Virus record (IMG/VR): IMGVR_UViG_3300046170_000524
Length of the DNA stretch: 64,000 nucleotides
Source of the DNA: a virus
Direction: 5' to 3' (one strand)
The position numbers and the translations under genes were made by a program. The notes under the pieces were generated by a model. The model ran no database searches and was not told the origin of the DNA. It saw only the letters and a list, made by a program, of their open reading frames with translations. This document shows positions 1-9,118 of the stretch, piece after piece (position 1 is the first letter of the stretch; every line of letters starts with the position of its first letter).

Positions 1-1023
1 ACCTGGACCCAGGATGAAATTATTCTTGATGTTGGTGATGAAGTGCCTCCTTATATTTTTGGAATTGGACCTAATGATATCACTTTAAATTTTGAACCTC
101 CTGCGCCCCCAGAGCCAGTTATATCTAAAGCGCAGATATCGATTAATAATGGTAGTCAGCGATATTTCATGCCTTATGAATATCAAAACGGAGTCGGGCA
201 TATGCATTTACCTGTCTTAGTAAAAGCAACATGCTCAACACTTGGATTAAATAATGACTACCTTGGTATGATGTTTATTTTCCAATCTCAGACATTTGGT
301 CACCATTGGTTTAGCTTAGGTTTAGACGGAATGGAGTATCATCCACTTTCTCAGTCATGGAGTGCATATGGAGATGTGTATACATCAGCTGCGGACGGCC
401 GAAGAGAACATACCTGCACTTACATTAGATTGGTCAAATATACAGGTGAGGGTTGGTATAATATCGGGAGAGACAATACAACAGACCATGATACATCAGT
501 TTTAAAACATCCACATTCTGGAGTTTCAATATATACAGATGCATGTACTACAGCGTGGTCTCCGCAAGGACAAAGCATTCCAGATGGTCACTTCACTCAG
601 GAAACACTAGGGGACATTCCAGGGGGTTGGACAAATGGAATATGTGTTGCTAGAAATCTTGGGTTTGACGCTTTATATGGCCCCGCATCACCATACGGTC
701 GTGGGGCAGGTTATCCACGGATTGGCGCTAGTTATGTCGCGAGCGCAAATAGTATTAATTGGAGTGATTTATTTGAAGGAGATTTTCAAATAAATAACTT
801 TATAGAATATGGTTCAGACCCGTCATATAGAGCTGTAGCGTCACTCGGTGACGCACAAAATATAAATTCTGGATGGCTTGATGGTTGTGCTGGCCCGAAA
901 GCTTCTAGCTGGGATTACTGGACTACCGCGGGAATGACCGTTAATCAGCAAGCTTGGAGTTCATCCGGGGGAAATAAAGGTTGGTCGCAAGTACATAAAT
1001 TTATCGATAACCCACCACAGTAA
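1..1023 (+). CDS. Hypothetical, probably virion-associated protein; 5'-truncated by the window edge
   Basis: Frame is open from base 1 (TWTQDEIILDVGDE...), so the listed GTG at 43 is not necessarily the start. Gly/Trp/Ser/Asp-rich and followed by Ig-domain proteins. Confidence 0.55.
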   Translation, partial: TWTQDEIILDVGDEVPPYIFGIGPNDITLNFEPPAPPEPVISKAQISINNGSQRYFMPYEYQNGVGHMHLPVLVKATCSTLGLNNDYLGMMFIFQSQTFGHHWFSLGLDGMEYHPLSQSWSAYGDVYTSAADGRREHTCTYIRLVKYTGEGWYNIGRDNTTDHDTSVLKHPHSGVSIYTDACTTAWSPQGQSIPDGHFTQETLGDIPGGWTNGICVARNLGFDALYGPASPYGRGAGYPRIGASYVASANSINWSDLFEGDFQINNFIEYGSDPSYRAVASLGDAQNINSGWLDGCAGPKASSWDYWTTAGMTVNQQAWSSSGGNKGWSQVHKFIDNPPQ

Positions 1024-1061
1024 ATCTATTCTTTGTTTTAAATTCGCAAAAATATAAAATT

Positions 1062-2114
1062 ATGGCATATATAGTAAAAGCTCAATACGGTCGATATATT
1101 ATAAATGATGAGTCTTATTCATCTATCTTTGTAACAACGGGGAATACAATAACTTTCGACGTTTCTCATCCTAGTAACACAGATCATCCATTAAAAATAT
1201 CCACAACTAAAGACGGAACCCATGGAGTTGATGAAAATGGGAACCAAGGCACAGAACTGGACGACGCTACAGCTATAGTTAATAACGGAGATCCTGGCGA
1301 TCCTAATGCACAAATTATGTTTACTCCTGCACTGGATGGTATTTTTTACTATTATTGTGAGCATCACGCTAATATGGGCTCAAGCATTACGTCAGTACAA
1401 ACAAAGTTCACAGATCTTGGAGCTACCGCATACGACGCACAAGATGGTGACATAACAAACAGAATAACAAAAAAAATATACAAAAAAGATGGAAATAATG
1501 TATTTCAGTTAGTAGCGTCCATCGATGACCCTCATGGTAATCCATGGGAAGTTTTAGATATTGATATAACTGAGCAAGCATCTTATAAAATAGAATATAA
1601 TGCAAAAGGTCTTGATAATATTGATGCATCTAATCAACCATTAGAAAGATATATAAATATCATTACATCCGGGTCGGGGTCAGGCTCGAATCCTGTTTCA
1701 AATGAATGGGCTGTCAGTAATACTAAATGGGAAGGAACTATAGAAGAGTGGTGCGGTTACAATTTTACTTCTGATACGGAAGTTACACTGCAAATTGCCG
1801 GATTTATAGACTTTGGTGTTGGTAGTGGAACGTGGGAGATGAAATTTTACGGTACATATGAAGTCTCAGCAGACGGTATTGTATCCATGTCAAATTGGGA
1901 CGGACCCCATGATGTAGTGAACGTTGGCGGGACTTTTAACCCTGAAGCGCCACATTTCACTTTTACTTTAAAAATTGCTGATGATACTGGAACTTTATTA
2001 AACGAAACCACAGGAGATCAGTGGAATAGCACGCAAGATTTAATTTGGGAAAATACAGCTTTTACGAAGGGTCTTAACATAGAACATTGGAGAGACAGAT
2101 ACATGAATTCATAA
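1062..2114 (+). CDS. Virion-type protein with cupredoxin-like domain and DUF5011-like Ig domain
   Basis: FDVSHPSNTDHPLKI...FYYYCEHHANMG (His...C-x2-H-x2-M), followed by FTDLGATAYDAQDGDIT, typical of DUF5011-type Ig folds. Confidence 0.6.
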   Translation: MAYIVKAQYGRYIINDESYSSIFVTTGNTITFDVSHPSNTDHPLKISTTKDGTHGVDENGNQGTELDDATAIVNNGDPGDPNAQIMFTPALDGIFYYYCEHHANMGSSITSVQTKFTDLGATAYDAQDGDITNRITKKIYKKDGNNVFQLVASIDDPHGNPWEVLDIDITEQASYKIEYNAKGLDNIDASNQPLERYINIITSGSGSGSNPVSNEWAVSNTKWEGTIEEWCGYNFTSDTEVTLQIAGFIDFGVGSGTWEMKFYGTYEVSADGIVSMSNWDGPHDVVNVGGTFNPEAPHFTFTLKIADDTGTLLNETTGDQWNSTQDLIWENTAFTKGLNIEHWRDRYMNS

Positions 2115-2117
2115 ATA

Positions 2118-2432
2118 ATGCAACTAAAAATACAATCTTGTCTATCAGAACCTCCGAGTGAAATATCTTGTTTTCGCGATGTTACATTATATGCAAAAAC
2201 TTATATTTTTGAAGATGTATTACTTGAATGCGAACCTGGTACGCGATCAATATATTGGCATTGGTTAAAAAGTCAAGGTGCGCATGATTTTATTTCAGAA
2301 TTAATTCTTTCAAGCCAAAAAGAACCCGGGTATAGTATTGGAACTACCCCGGGTTATAATATTGTTACAGACCGTATCGCCTGCTATAATCTAAGCGAAA
2401 TTATTAACTCGCTGCAGCAGTTTCTTCGCTAA
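2118..2432 (+). CDS. Hypothetical protein
   Basis: 104-aa ORF starting 3 nt after the previous stop; no recognised motif. Confidence 0.5.
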   Translation: MQLKIQSCLSEPPSEISCFRDVTLYAKTYIFEDVLLECEPGTRSIYWHWLKSQGAHDFISELILSSQKEPGYSIGTTPGYNIVTDRIACYNLSEIINSLQQFLR

Positions 2433-2709
2433 CCTGTTCAACAGCTTCATTCGCGGCATTTTCAGTTTTTGATTTTTCTACCGCGGTGAGAAGTTCAGAA
2501 ACTTGTTCGTCGGTCATATCCTTCACTTGTTCGCGACCTTGCGCTAAGGCTTGATTTTGAACTAGTTGAAGTACTGCATTAAGGGAAACTTGAGAAAGCG
2601 CTTCTGCAAGCGTTGCTCGGCCAAGAAATTCATTAGCCAATGCTACCACTGCATCTTCGCGTTCTTGCGATACTTTTTCGTCTGTGTTTTGAGTATTTTG
2701 ATCTGTCAT
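2404..2709 (-). CDS. Hypothetical acidic helical protein
   Basis: 101-aa ORF with natural composition; TATAAT lies 7 nt upstream of the ATG. Confidence 0.6.
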   Translation of the reverse strand: MTDQNTQNTDEKVSQEREDAVVALANEFLGRATLAEALSQVSLNAVLQLVQNQALAQGREQVKDMTDEQVSELLTAVEKSKTENAANEAVEQVSEETAAAS

Positions 2710-2745
2710 GTTTTATATTATATGATTTTAATTTTTTTTAAAGTA

Positions 2746-2940
2746 TTAATCTGTATTTTGATATGTTGGGTTTTGATTGTTGTATATTCTTTGAGTAAAT
2801 AAATTATGAAATAATACTTGTTGTTGTAATCTATTTATTTCTTTATTTTGATTATTTACCAATTCATTCTGATCCCATGCAAACCACATTATAAAAAATA
2901 AAGCTAATAGTAAGCTCACGATAGTTAAATGATCATTCAT
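2746..2940 (-). CDS. Small membrane-anchored coiled-coil protein
   Basis: N-terminal TM segment (LTIVSLLLALFFIMWFAW) then a Gln/Asn-rich helix; TTGAAA-16-TATTAT-6-ATG upstream. Confidence 0.55.
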   Translation of the reverse strand: MNDHLTIVSLLLALFFIMWFAWDQNELVNNQNKEINRLQQQVLFHNLFTQRIYNNQNPTYQNTD

Positions 2941-3102
2941 TAAGTTATAATAATAGTATAGTTTTTTGTTTCAATTATAATATTTATTTATTTGAAAAAG
3001 ATATAATTTAAACAATAATATATTATAAAATGCAGAGAGTTTCTGCAGTAATCTATATAAAATTTTTAGTGTAAAAATATTAGATAAACATAAACAATTT
3101 AA

Positions 3103-4920
3103 ATGAGCGCAGATTATTATCAAGAAAAAGGTGCAGTAGCTACAGACGCCGCCGATACTGACATCACGGAGTATATCACCAAAACTATAGAAAAATACAA
3201 TGAAGAAACAGGGGAATGGGACATTATTGGTCAAATTAATGACGCTCATCAAAATCAAGAGTTGTGGAGCGAAGAAGATGAGCTTCCGGAAGGAGTAAAT
3301 GTTGGAGATGTTAAAATTGAGGGGTGGACCGTGCCGCACATTGATACTACACAACCTGGAGCTCAATACAGAATAAGATATAATGTAAAAGATGTAGCGA
3401 ATCAGCCCGCAGAAGAGGTTACTAGATTAATAACTATAGATCGACCATCCTCAATGTACTTAAATTATATTGGATTAAGAGATGATGGGATAGCGCAGGT
3501 GCCCACCAATTATACTTTAGGTGGTAGCTATTACTTTTTAAAAGCAGGAGGTCAGGCGTGGTTTGGAGAAGGTGATACTTGGCATTATAATATTTCTTAC
3601 AAAGACATAGAAAGCGAGACGTCGGACGCATCACTTGCGGACGTTAAAAAAGAAAACAATGCATCGTACCAGATCATTAACGATTTCGGAGGTTACCTTG
3701 AATATCAGGATATAACGTTGAGCGATTATGTTTATTCTGATTTCAAATATAAATGGAGCAGGGTAAATGACGTACTTTTTATCGCATACGACGTCTTTAG
3801 AGGAATGCTTGCATATCGAACCGGAATCTTGCATTTCAACGGATATGACACTGGGGTTCAATCCTATGGTAATTTAGATGATCAAACGAATAATAATTAT
3901 TATAGTTGGTTGAGTGAAAATATAGAAAATATCCGAGACTTACGTCATTTCCCTGCGAAGTATGCATTCATATCAATATGCCTTATGGGTAATGGAGACT
4001 TGGTTAGTGCAGACTGGACAAACCCTGAAAAAATGCAAAATCCTCCAATCATCAAAAGCAAGATAAGATCTATAGTCGCCGCAGATATTTCAAGGAACTC
4101 GTCTAGTGCATCTGACTTTGTAGAAAACAATAAAGATGCCGCATTTATATGTGAAGATTTTAGCAGAGATCTATGGTGGATTTATTACGATGCTTCGCAT
4201 AGTTCATGGGGTTCAATAAAATTCAACTTAAATATTAAAGCTCATGAGATACAAGCTATAACTATTCACGAACAAAATGATCTTTGTCGCATAGTATTAA
4301 AAAGTGATACTACAAAAATGTACAACTACACATCTGATAGATCTACCTATCAAACAAAATCTAATTTGACTGATGAAGATTTAGTTGCCCATGATTTTTT
4401 AGATAGTGAGTCAAATATACTAGCAATTTACTGCAGCCTTGACTTCGTTCTGATTACGGAAGATGGAATACATATTGAAAATCATAGTGTTAATCAGTAT
4501 GGTCAGCAGCCCCTGCCATACAGTGCGTCTATCTTGGATGACGATAAAGAAGAATTGCCTGGATCTGCAGAAATATCATGGGCAGAGCTTTTTACAATGT
4601 ATGAATTTGATAAAGTAATTCCTGGAATGGACCACCTTTTGAATGTGATGAGATACGTTCTCAAGCAAGAATATTTAAACGAATGGCAAACAGCGAACGC
4701 GCATATATTTCCTGCTATATATATCTTATGCCCAAGCCCCGTGACTTTGATAGATGCTCGGCCAGATGGGAACCCCAACGGAGTAAATTATTTACAGGGT
4801 CGCCCACAAAGATCTTTCGCTCAAGAAACTTTAGAAAGATTGATACTTGAAGAGCTTACAGTTCAAAGCGGAGAAAAAGTGCTTGATATGAATCCTGGAA
4901 TTAGGAAGTGGAATGAATAA
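3103..4920 (+). CDS. Protein with N-terminal DUF5011-like Ig domain
   Basis: YYQEKGAVATDAADTDITEYI...IDTTQPGAQYRIRYNVKDVANQPAEEVTRLITI matches the DUF5011-type pattern; the remainder is unassigned. Confidence 0.6.
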   Translation: MSADYYQEKGAVATDAADTDITEYITKTIEKYNEETGEWDIIGQINDAHQNQELWSEEDELPEGVNVGDVKIEGWTVPHIDTTQPGAQYRIRYNVKDVANQPAEEVTRLITIDRPSSMYLNYIGLRDDGIAQVPTNYTLGGSYYFLKAGGQAWFGEGDTWHYNISYKDIESETSDASLADVKKENNASYQIINDFGGYLEYQDITLSDYVYSDFKYKWSRVNDVLFIAYDVFRGMLAYRTGILHFNGYDTGVQSYGNLDDQTNNNYYSWLSENIENIRDLRHFPAKYAFISICLMGNGDLVSADWTNPEKMQNPPIIKSKIRSIVAADISRNSSSASDFVENNKDAAFICEDFSRDLWWIYYDASHSSWGSIKFNLNIKAHEIQAITIHEQNDLCRIVLKSDTTKMYNYTSDRSTYQTKSNLTDEDLVAHDFLDSESNILAIYCSLDFVLITEDGIHIENHSVNQYGQQPLPYSASILDDDKEELPGSAEISWAELFTMYEFDKVIPGMDHLLNVMRYVLKQEYLNEWQTANAHIFPAIYILCPSPVTLIDARPDGNPNGVNYLQGRPQRSFAQETLERLILEELTVQSGEKVLDMNPGIRKWNE

Positions 4921-4960
4921 TAATCGCGAAAATAATTAAACGTTGTAAAAAGTATACTTC

Positions 4961-4969
4961 GTGTAACTA
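4961..4969 (+). promoter_or_regulatory. GTGTA-class putative phage late promoter
   Basis: GTGTAACTA; 10 nt between GTGTA and ATG 4976. Confidence 0.6.
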
Positions 4970-4975
4970 CTTAAT

Positions 4976-5482
4976 ATGGCAAATTTTAGAATAGATCAAC
5001 TTCAATCTTTAAGTCCGGCAAACTTTGATCCTTCGAGCGATGTTTTAATTGTTCAAAAACCTAATGGAGGAACATTCAAAATGACTCCTGGAAACGTAGT
5101 AACGAATACGGTCTCTGTCGGCCTGAAGTTTTTAAGTAAAAGCTACTTTGTGGAATCTTTCGGCGGAACTGCAGGAAGTTGGCAGAATAGTTCTTTTAGC
5201 GTTGATTCAGCGAATGTACCAGATACAGCATCTGCAGCGTTCTTATCTATAGATAATAGCGGAGACGATGATCCGGCTTTTGGTTTTAGATTTTTTACAT
5301 CATCTAATTACTCAATCAATAATATGCATGAATTAAAATACCTTAATTTAAGTAGTAGTGACCAACAGTCGGTTACAACTTGTTTTGTTCCAATAGTTAA
5401 TGGAGTAATATACTATAGTTTATATAATATTCCGCATAGCGCAAATAGTAAACTGGATGTTTATATGCATGCGTATATGTAA
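4976..5482 (+). CDS. Hypothetical beta-rich virion/fibre-type protein
   Basis: N-terminus MANFRIDQLQSL...DVLIVQ resembles fibre N-termini; Ser-rich beta C-terminus. Confidence 0.5.
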   Translation: MANFRIDQLQSLSPANFDPSSDVLIVQKPNGGTFKMTPGNVVTNTVSVGLKFLSKSYFVESFGGTAGSWQNSSFSVDSANVPDTASAAFLSIDNSGDDDPAFGFRFFTSSNYSINNMHELKYLNLSSSDQQSVTTCFVPIVNGVIYYSLYNIPHSANSKLDVYMHAYM

Positions 5483-5677
5483 TTATTTATTTTTTTTACT
5501 TTTAATTCTTTTTATTTCGTCTGGTAAAATTTTAACAACTTTATCTGTTTGATTTTCCATCATTAGTTCTGCTGGGGTTGAGCCGTTTAATTTTGCATTT
5601 TCTGTTTTTAGCCAGCAGGTAGATTGATAAGAATTTAAATTTTTACTTAATGTTTCAAGAATTGACTTTTGTGACAT
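5483..5677 (-). CDS. Stand-alone Xre/MbcA/ParS-type antitoxin C-terminal (DUF2384-like) domain
   Basis: WLKTENAKLNGSTPAELM...VVKIL fits the W-L-x2-(P/E)-N-x2-L-x-G-x2-P-x2-L pattern; no HTH and no RES toxin adjacent. Confidence 0.65.
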   Translation of the reverse strand: MSQKSILETLSKNLNSYQSTCWLKTENAKLNGSTPAELMMENQTDKVVKILPDEIKRIKSKKNK

Positions 5678-5682
5678 GTAAT

Positions 5683-5691
5683 ATATTACAC
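5683..5691 (-). promoter_or_regulatory. GTGTA-class putative phage late promoter
   Basis: Minus-strand GTGTAATAT; 9 nt to ATG 5677. Confidence 0.6.
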
Positions 5692-5717
5692 GTTTTTTAT
5701 ATTTTTTTAACTAGAAG

Positions 5718-5726
5718 GTGTAACAT
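5718..5726 (+). promoter_or_regulatory. GTGTA-class putative phage late promoter
   Basis: GTGTAACAT; 11 nt to ATG 5734. Confidence 0.6.
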
Positions 5727-5733
5727 ATAACCT

Positions 5734-6168
5734 ATGGGGCCAATATTAAATACTATTATAGGAGCCGGAATAAAACTAGCATGTAATTTAATTAATGCGT
5801 GGCTAGAACAAAAAAGACAAGATCAATTAGCTTTAGCTGCAAGGGACGAAAAAATGTTAAACGCTTTAATCGCAAGTCAGGAGGCTAATGCGAAAGATCC
5901 TTTTGTAAAAGTAACAAGAAGAATTTTATTTATGAGTATTACGTTTACAATGTGTTTTTTGATGATTTATTATGCAATGAATCCACATATATCATACGAT
6001 TTAATTGTTCCAAAAGGAGATAACGCTAAGTGGGGTTTTTTTGGTTGGGTTTTTGGAGGAAAAGACTGGGAACTGGTGACTATGACCGGAGGATTGATGC
6101 TTGCATCGTTTATGGATTTATGTTTCATGGTGATTGGTTTTTATGCAATACCCAGTAAGCGCAGATGA
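5734..6168 (+). CDS. Holin-like multi-pass membrane protein
   Basis: Amphipathic N-terminus, two hydrophobic segments, basic C-terminus (PSKRR); first of three overlapping membrane genes. Confidence 0.45.
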   Translation: MGPILNTIIGAGIKLACNLINAWLEQKRQDQLALAARDEKMLNALIASQEANAKDPFVKVTRRILFMSITFTMCFLMIYYAMNPHISYDLIVPKGDNAKWGFFGWVFGGKDWELVTMTGGLMLASFMDLCFMVIGFYAIPSKRR

Positions 6169-6392
6169 GATTTTTATTATTTATAATCTTGTTTTTTAAT
6201 GGATGCGCAAGCAAGGTAGCAAAAAGTTTAAGTAAAAAGCCAGATACTGGTTCTATTAAAGATAAATCAGATGTATTTAATATCGCTGAAAGCACTGAAA
6301 CCTATAATCATCAAGATCCGTTAATTTGGTTCGGGATTATTATATTAATCGTTTTGCTATCAGCAATTATACCTTTAATTTTTAAAAAATGA
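6165..6392 (+). CDS. Lipoprotein with C-terminal TM helix (u-spanin-like architecture)
   Basis: MRFLLFIILFFNG-C lipobox-like signal and C-terminal TM LIWFGIIILIVLLSAIIPLIF-KK. Confidence 0.45.
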   Translation: MRFLLFIILFFNGCASKVAKSLSKKPDTGSIKDKSDVFNIAESTETYNHQDPLIWFGIIILIVLLSAIIPLIFKK

Positions 6393-6979
6393 ATAGTGGA
6401 CTTGATATTATAAGCGTGCTAACAGGTGTTGTTTCTGCGGCGACAGCTGTTATTGGAATGTGGTTGAAAATAAAATACGATGAAAAGAAAAGTAAGGAAT
6501 TAAATTATGACCCTTCGGCGCATGGAAATATTATTTCTGCACTTAATTTTGTTATGGAAAAAACAGAGGCTGATAGGGTTTACATTATGGAATTTCATAA
6601 TGGGGAACATTACTTTTCTGGGAGGAGTCAACAAAAACTAAGCTGTACATACGAAGTGATTAGCGAAGGAATAAGCTCTGAATGCCAAACTATGCAAAAC
6701 ATAAGAGTTTCGAATCTTCACGGATTAACAAAATCGATTGCCGCCGAAAAAACTTTTATATGTAAAGATGTAGAAAATTATGGAGAGGATATAGGCTTTA
6801 AATCTTTCTTGCAAGAAAAAGGTGTTAAAAGTTTATTTGCTCGACCTATTAAAACTTTAAATGGAAAAATACTGGGAACTATTTGCCTTGAGTACGTCAA
6901 AGAGAAAAGAGAATGGGGAGTTGATGCAGAGGAGTTTACAAAAAAACAGAGTGTAGTTATTGCAGGTTATTTGATATAA
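6389..6979 (+). CDS. N-terminal TM + GAF-like domain protein (T4 holin T-like architecture)
   Basis: TM at residues ~5-27; ADRVYIMEFHNG...SLFARPIKTLNGKILGTICLEY is a GAF-like signature. Confidence 0.55.
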   Translation: MNSGLDIISVLTGVVSAATAVIGMWLKIKYDEKKSKELNYDPSAHGNIISALNFVMEKTEADRVYIMEFHNGEHYFSGRSQQKLSCTYEVISEGISSECQTMQNIRVSNLHGLTKSIAAEKTFICKDVENYGEDIGFKSFLQEKGVKSLFARPIKTLNGKILGTICLEYVKEKREWGVDAEEFTKKQSVVIAGYLI

Positions 6980-7006
6980 TTAATTTTTTAGCTATAATAT
7001 ATTATT

Positions 7007-7354
7007 ATGGCTTTTTCGTACTGTCCTCATTGTGGATTTAAAAATATGTACTCTATGCAGGCACCAAAATTTTGTGGTGGATGTGGAGAGGGTTTAAGTA
7101 TATTATCTGCAGCAAAAACAAAAGCTGCTGACTCACGCAGATCAACTAAAAAAATAGTTGAAACTATAGATGACCCTGATGGTGTGGATATTTATGAGGT
7201 TCCGAATATTTCAAAATTATCATATAGTGTCGAAAGTGATAAAAATAAATTTAACTTAAAGGACTTGATTCCGCTAGAAGTTTTAGAAAAGTTTCAGGAA
7301 GAAGATGAGCCTATAAAGAAAACAAAAAAACGTGGTAAACCAAGAAAATCCTAA
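7007..7354 (+). CDS. Zinc-ribbon protein
   Basis: YCPHCG...FCGGCG at the N-terminus; overlaps the sigma factor gene. Confidence 0.7.
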   Translation: MAFSYCPHCGFKNMYSMQAPKFCGGCGEGLSILSAAKTKAADSRRSTKKIVETIDDPDGVDIYEVPNISKLSYSVESDKNKFNLKDLIPLEVLEKFQEEDEPIKKTKKRGKPRKS

Positions 7355-8075
7355 GTTTACCTACGAAGATAAATCTGACGAAATTGATTTAGAAGTCAGA
7401 AAAAGAAAGGGTAAGTGGTTTTTAGATTCTTTGGCTTGGTTTGATTTTGAAGATGTTGAGCAAATTATAAAAGCGCATATCCATAAAAAATGGCATCAAT
7501 GGGACCAGTCTAGGTCTTTAAAACCATGGATAAATAAAATAATTACAAATCAGATGAAAAATATTTTGCGAAATAACTATAGTAATTTTGTTAGGCCTTG
7601 CTTGAATTGCCCATTTAATCAATCTTGCGCCGCAAAAGACGGTGGAGAATCTTCTCTTTGCGGTTTCACAAAAAGCGGATTGCAGGATTCTACTTGTCCG
7701 TTGTATGCAAAATGGGAGAGAACTAAAAAACCAGCGTATGGAATAAAAATGGCTCTCGCTCTTGAAAATCATAGCTACGAAGTATCGGCTATGCAAGATC
7801 AAAATTTTGATTTAATGGAAGCTCAGAAAAAATTAAATGAGCACATGAAGAATGAATTATCTCAAAAGCAATATCAAGTCTACGACCTGCTTTTTGTTCA
7901 ACATTTAGATGAAGAAGATGTAGCAAGAAAAATGGGTTATAAGACTACCGAAAAAGGAAGAAAGGCAGGGTATAAACAAATTAAAAATCTCAAAAAAATA
8001 TTCAAGCAAAAAGCTCAAGACATACTAAAAAGAGAAGATATTATTTCTGTTGGATCAACAATATTATGGAGTTAG
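7332..8075 (+). CDS. Phage RNA polymerase sigma factor (sigma70/ECF-like regions 2 and 4) with Cys-rich insert
   Basis: Region 2-like DFEDVEQII...WDQSRSLKPWINKIITNQMKNILR; region 4-like LSQKQYQVYDLLFVQHLDEEDVARKMG; insert CLNCPFNQSC...LCGFT...TCPLY. Confidence 0.75.
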   Translation: MVNQENPKFTYEDKSDEIDLEVRKRKGKWFLDSLAWFDFEDVEQIIKAHIHKKWHQWDQSRSLKPWINKIITNQMKNILRNNYSNFVRPCLNCPFNQSCAAKDGGESSLCGFTKSGLQDSTCPLYAKWERTKKPAYGIKMALALENHSYEVSAMQDQNFDLMEAQKKLNEHMKNELSQKQYQVYDLLFVQHLDEEDVARKMGYKTTEKGRKAGYKQIKNLKKIFKQKAQDILKREDIISVGSTILWS

Positions 8076-9118
8076 ACGAAGACCAAAAAAACATAATCAG
8101 AGATAATTCTGCGGAAATCACAGACCTAACGGAATTAACAAGATTGGTTTTTCCTGATGCCAAAAAAATAGATGGAAGAAGCAAGCAAGGCAGAGCTGTG
8201 AGGGAGTTTTTATTAAGTAATAAAATTGATTACCAAACAAAACATTTTCAACCAAAAGATGATATTCAGTTAACTGAAGAGCAGAAAGATTTTGTAGACA
8301 AATCTATCCAAGATGGGATGACTTGCGCACAAACAGCTACAGTTCTTTTTCCTGAAGTCAGAGTTACTCAAGCAACTAAGGAATATCAAGCCGTATTTGA
8401 ATACGTCGACTCTAACGAAAAAATTAAGACGCCAGCATCGGAAGACGCTATAAATCGACGTTATTTTCCACCTAAAGCGGCGAGTAAAATAATAAAAAAA
8501 ATAAACGACTCAGCTCAGACAAATGTTAATGAAGACAAACTAACAATGAGTGAAAGGAAAAGTGTTGAATCTCTGGGAGCGTTTCTTGCTTCTCCTAGGT
8601 TTATTCAGGTTATAAATACTTATGACGCGCAGGCAGATAGAGATTTATTTGAAGCTGAATTTGTTCGAGCAACATGGGATAAACCAGATCTTACGAGTGA
8701 TGAAATTAATTTATACATTAATGTTTGCATGGATTATATACATTTAAAAAACATTCAAAGCGCAATTAATAAACTAAATAGAATGTTCGACGAAGCAGAA
8801 GATCAGCAAGATTTAACTGTAAGATTGGCAGAATTGCTAAAGACAAAAAGCGAAGAATATAATCAATGCGAAAAAAGAATGGAATCTCTGATCCAGAAAT
8901 TGCAGGGAGATCGATCAAAAAGAATATCTTCAAAACAACAACAAAATGCTAATATCTTGGCTTTGGTTCAGCTATTTCAAGAAGAAGAAGAAAGGGGCGT
9001 GATGTTGAAAATAGCAGAGCTACAGAAACAGGCGGCAAGTAAGGAGGCTGACAGATTAGAATCCATGCCGGATTGGAAGGCAAGAGTACTCGGAATTTCA
9101 AAAGAAGATGTCGTCTAA
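8066..9118 (+). CDS. Helical/coiled-coil protein, possible terminase small subunit
   Basis: Sits in the overlapping gene run leading to terL; long C-terminal coiled coil. The assignment is positional only. Confidence 0.4.
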   Translation: MELDEDQKNIIRDNSAEITDLTELTRLVFPDAKKIDGRSKQGRAVREFLLSNKIDYQTKHFQPKDDIQLTEEQKDFVDKSIQDGMTCAQTATVLFPEVRVTQATKEYQAVFEYVDSNEKIKTPASEDAINRRYFPPKAASKIIKKINDSAQTNVNEDKLTMSERKSVESLGAFLASPRFIQVINTYDAQADRDLFEAEFVRATWDKPDLTSDEINLYINVCMDYIHLKNIQSAINKLNRMFDEAEDQQDLTVRLAELLKTKSEEYNQCEKRMESLIQKLQGDRSKRISSKQQQNANILALVQLFQEEEERGVMLKIAELQKQAASKEADRLESMPDWKARVLGISKEDVV

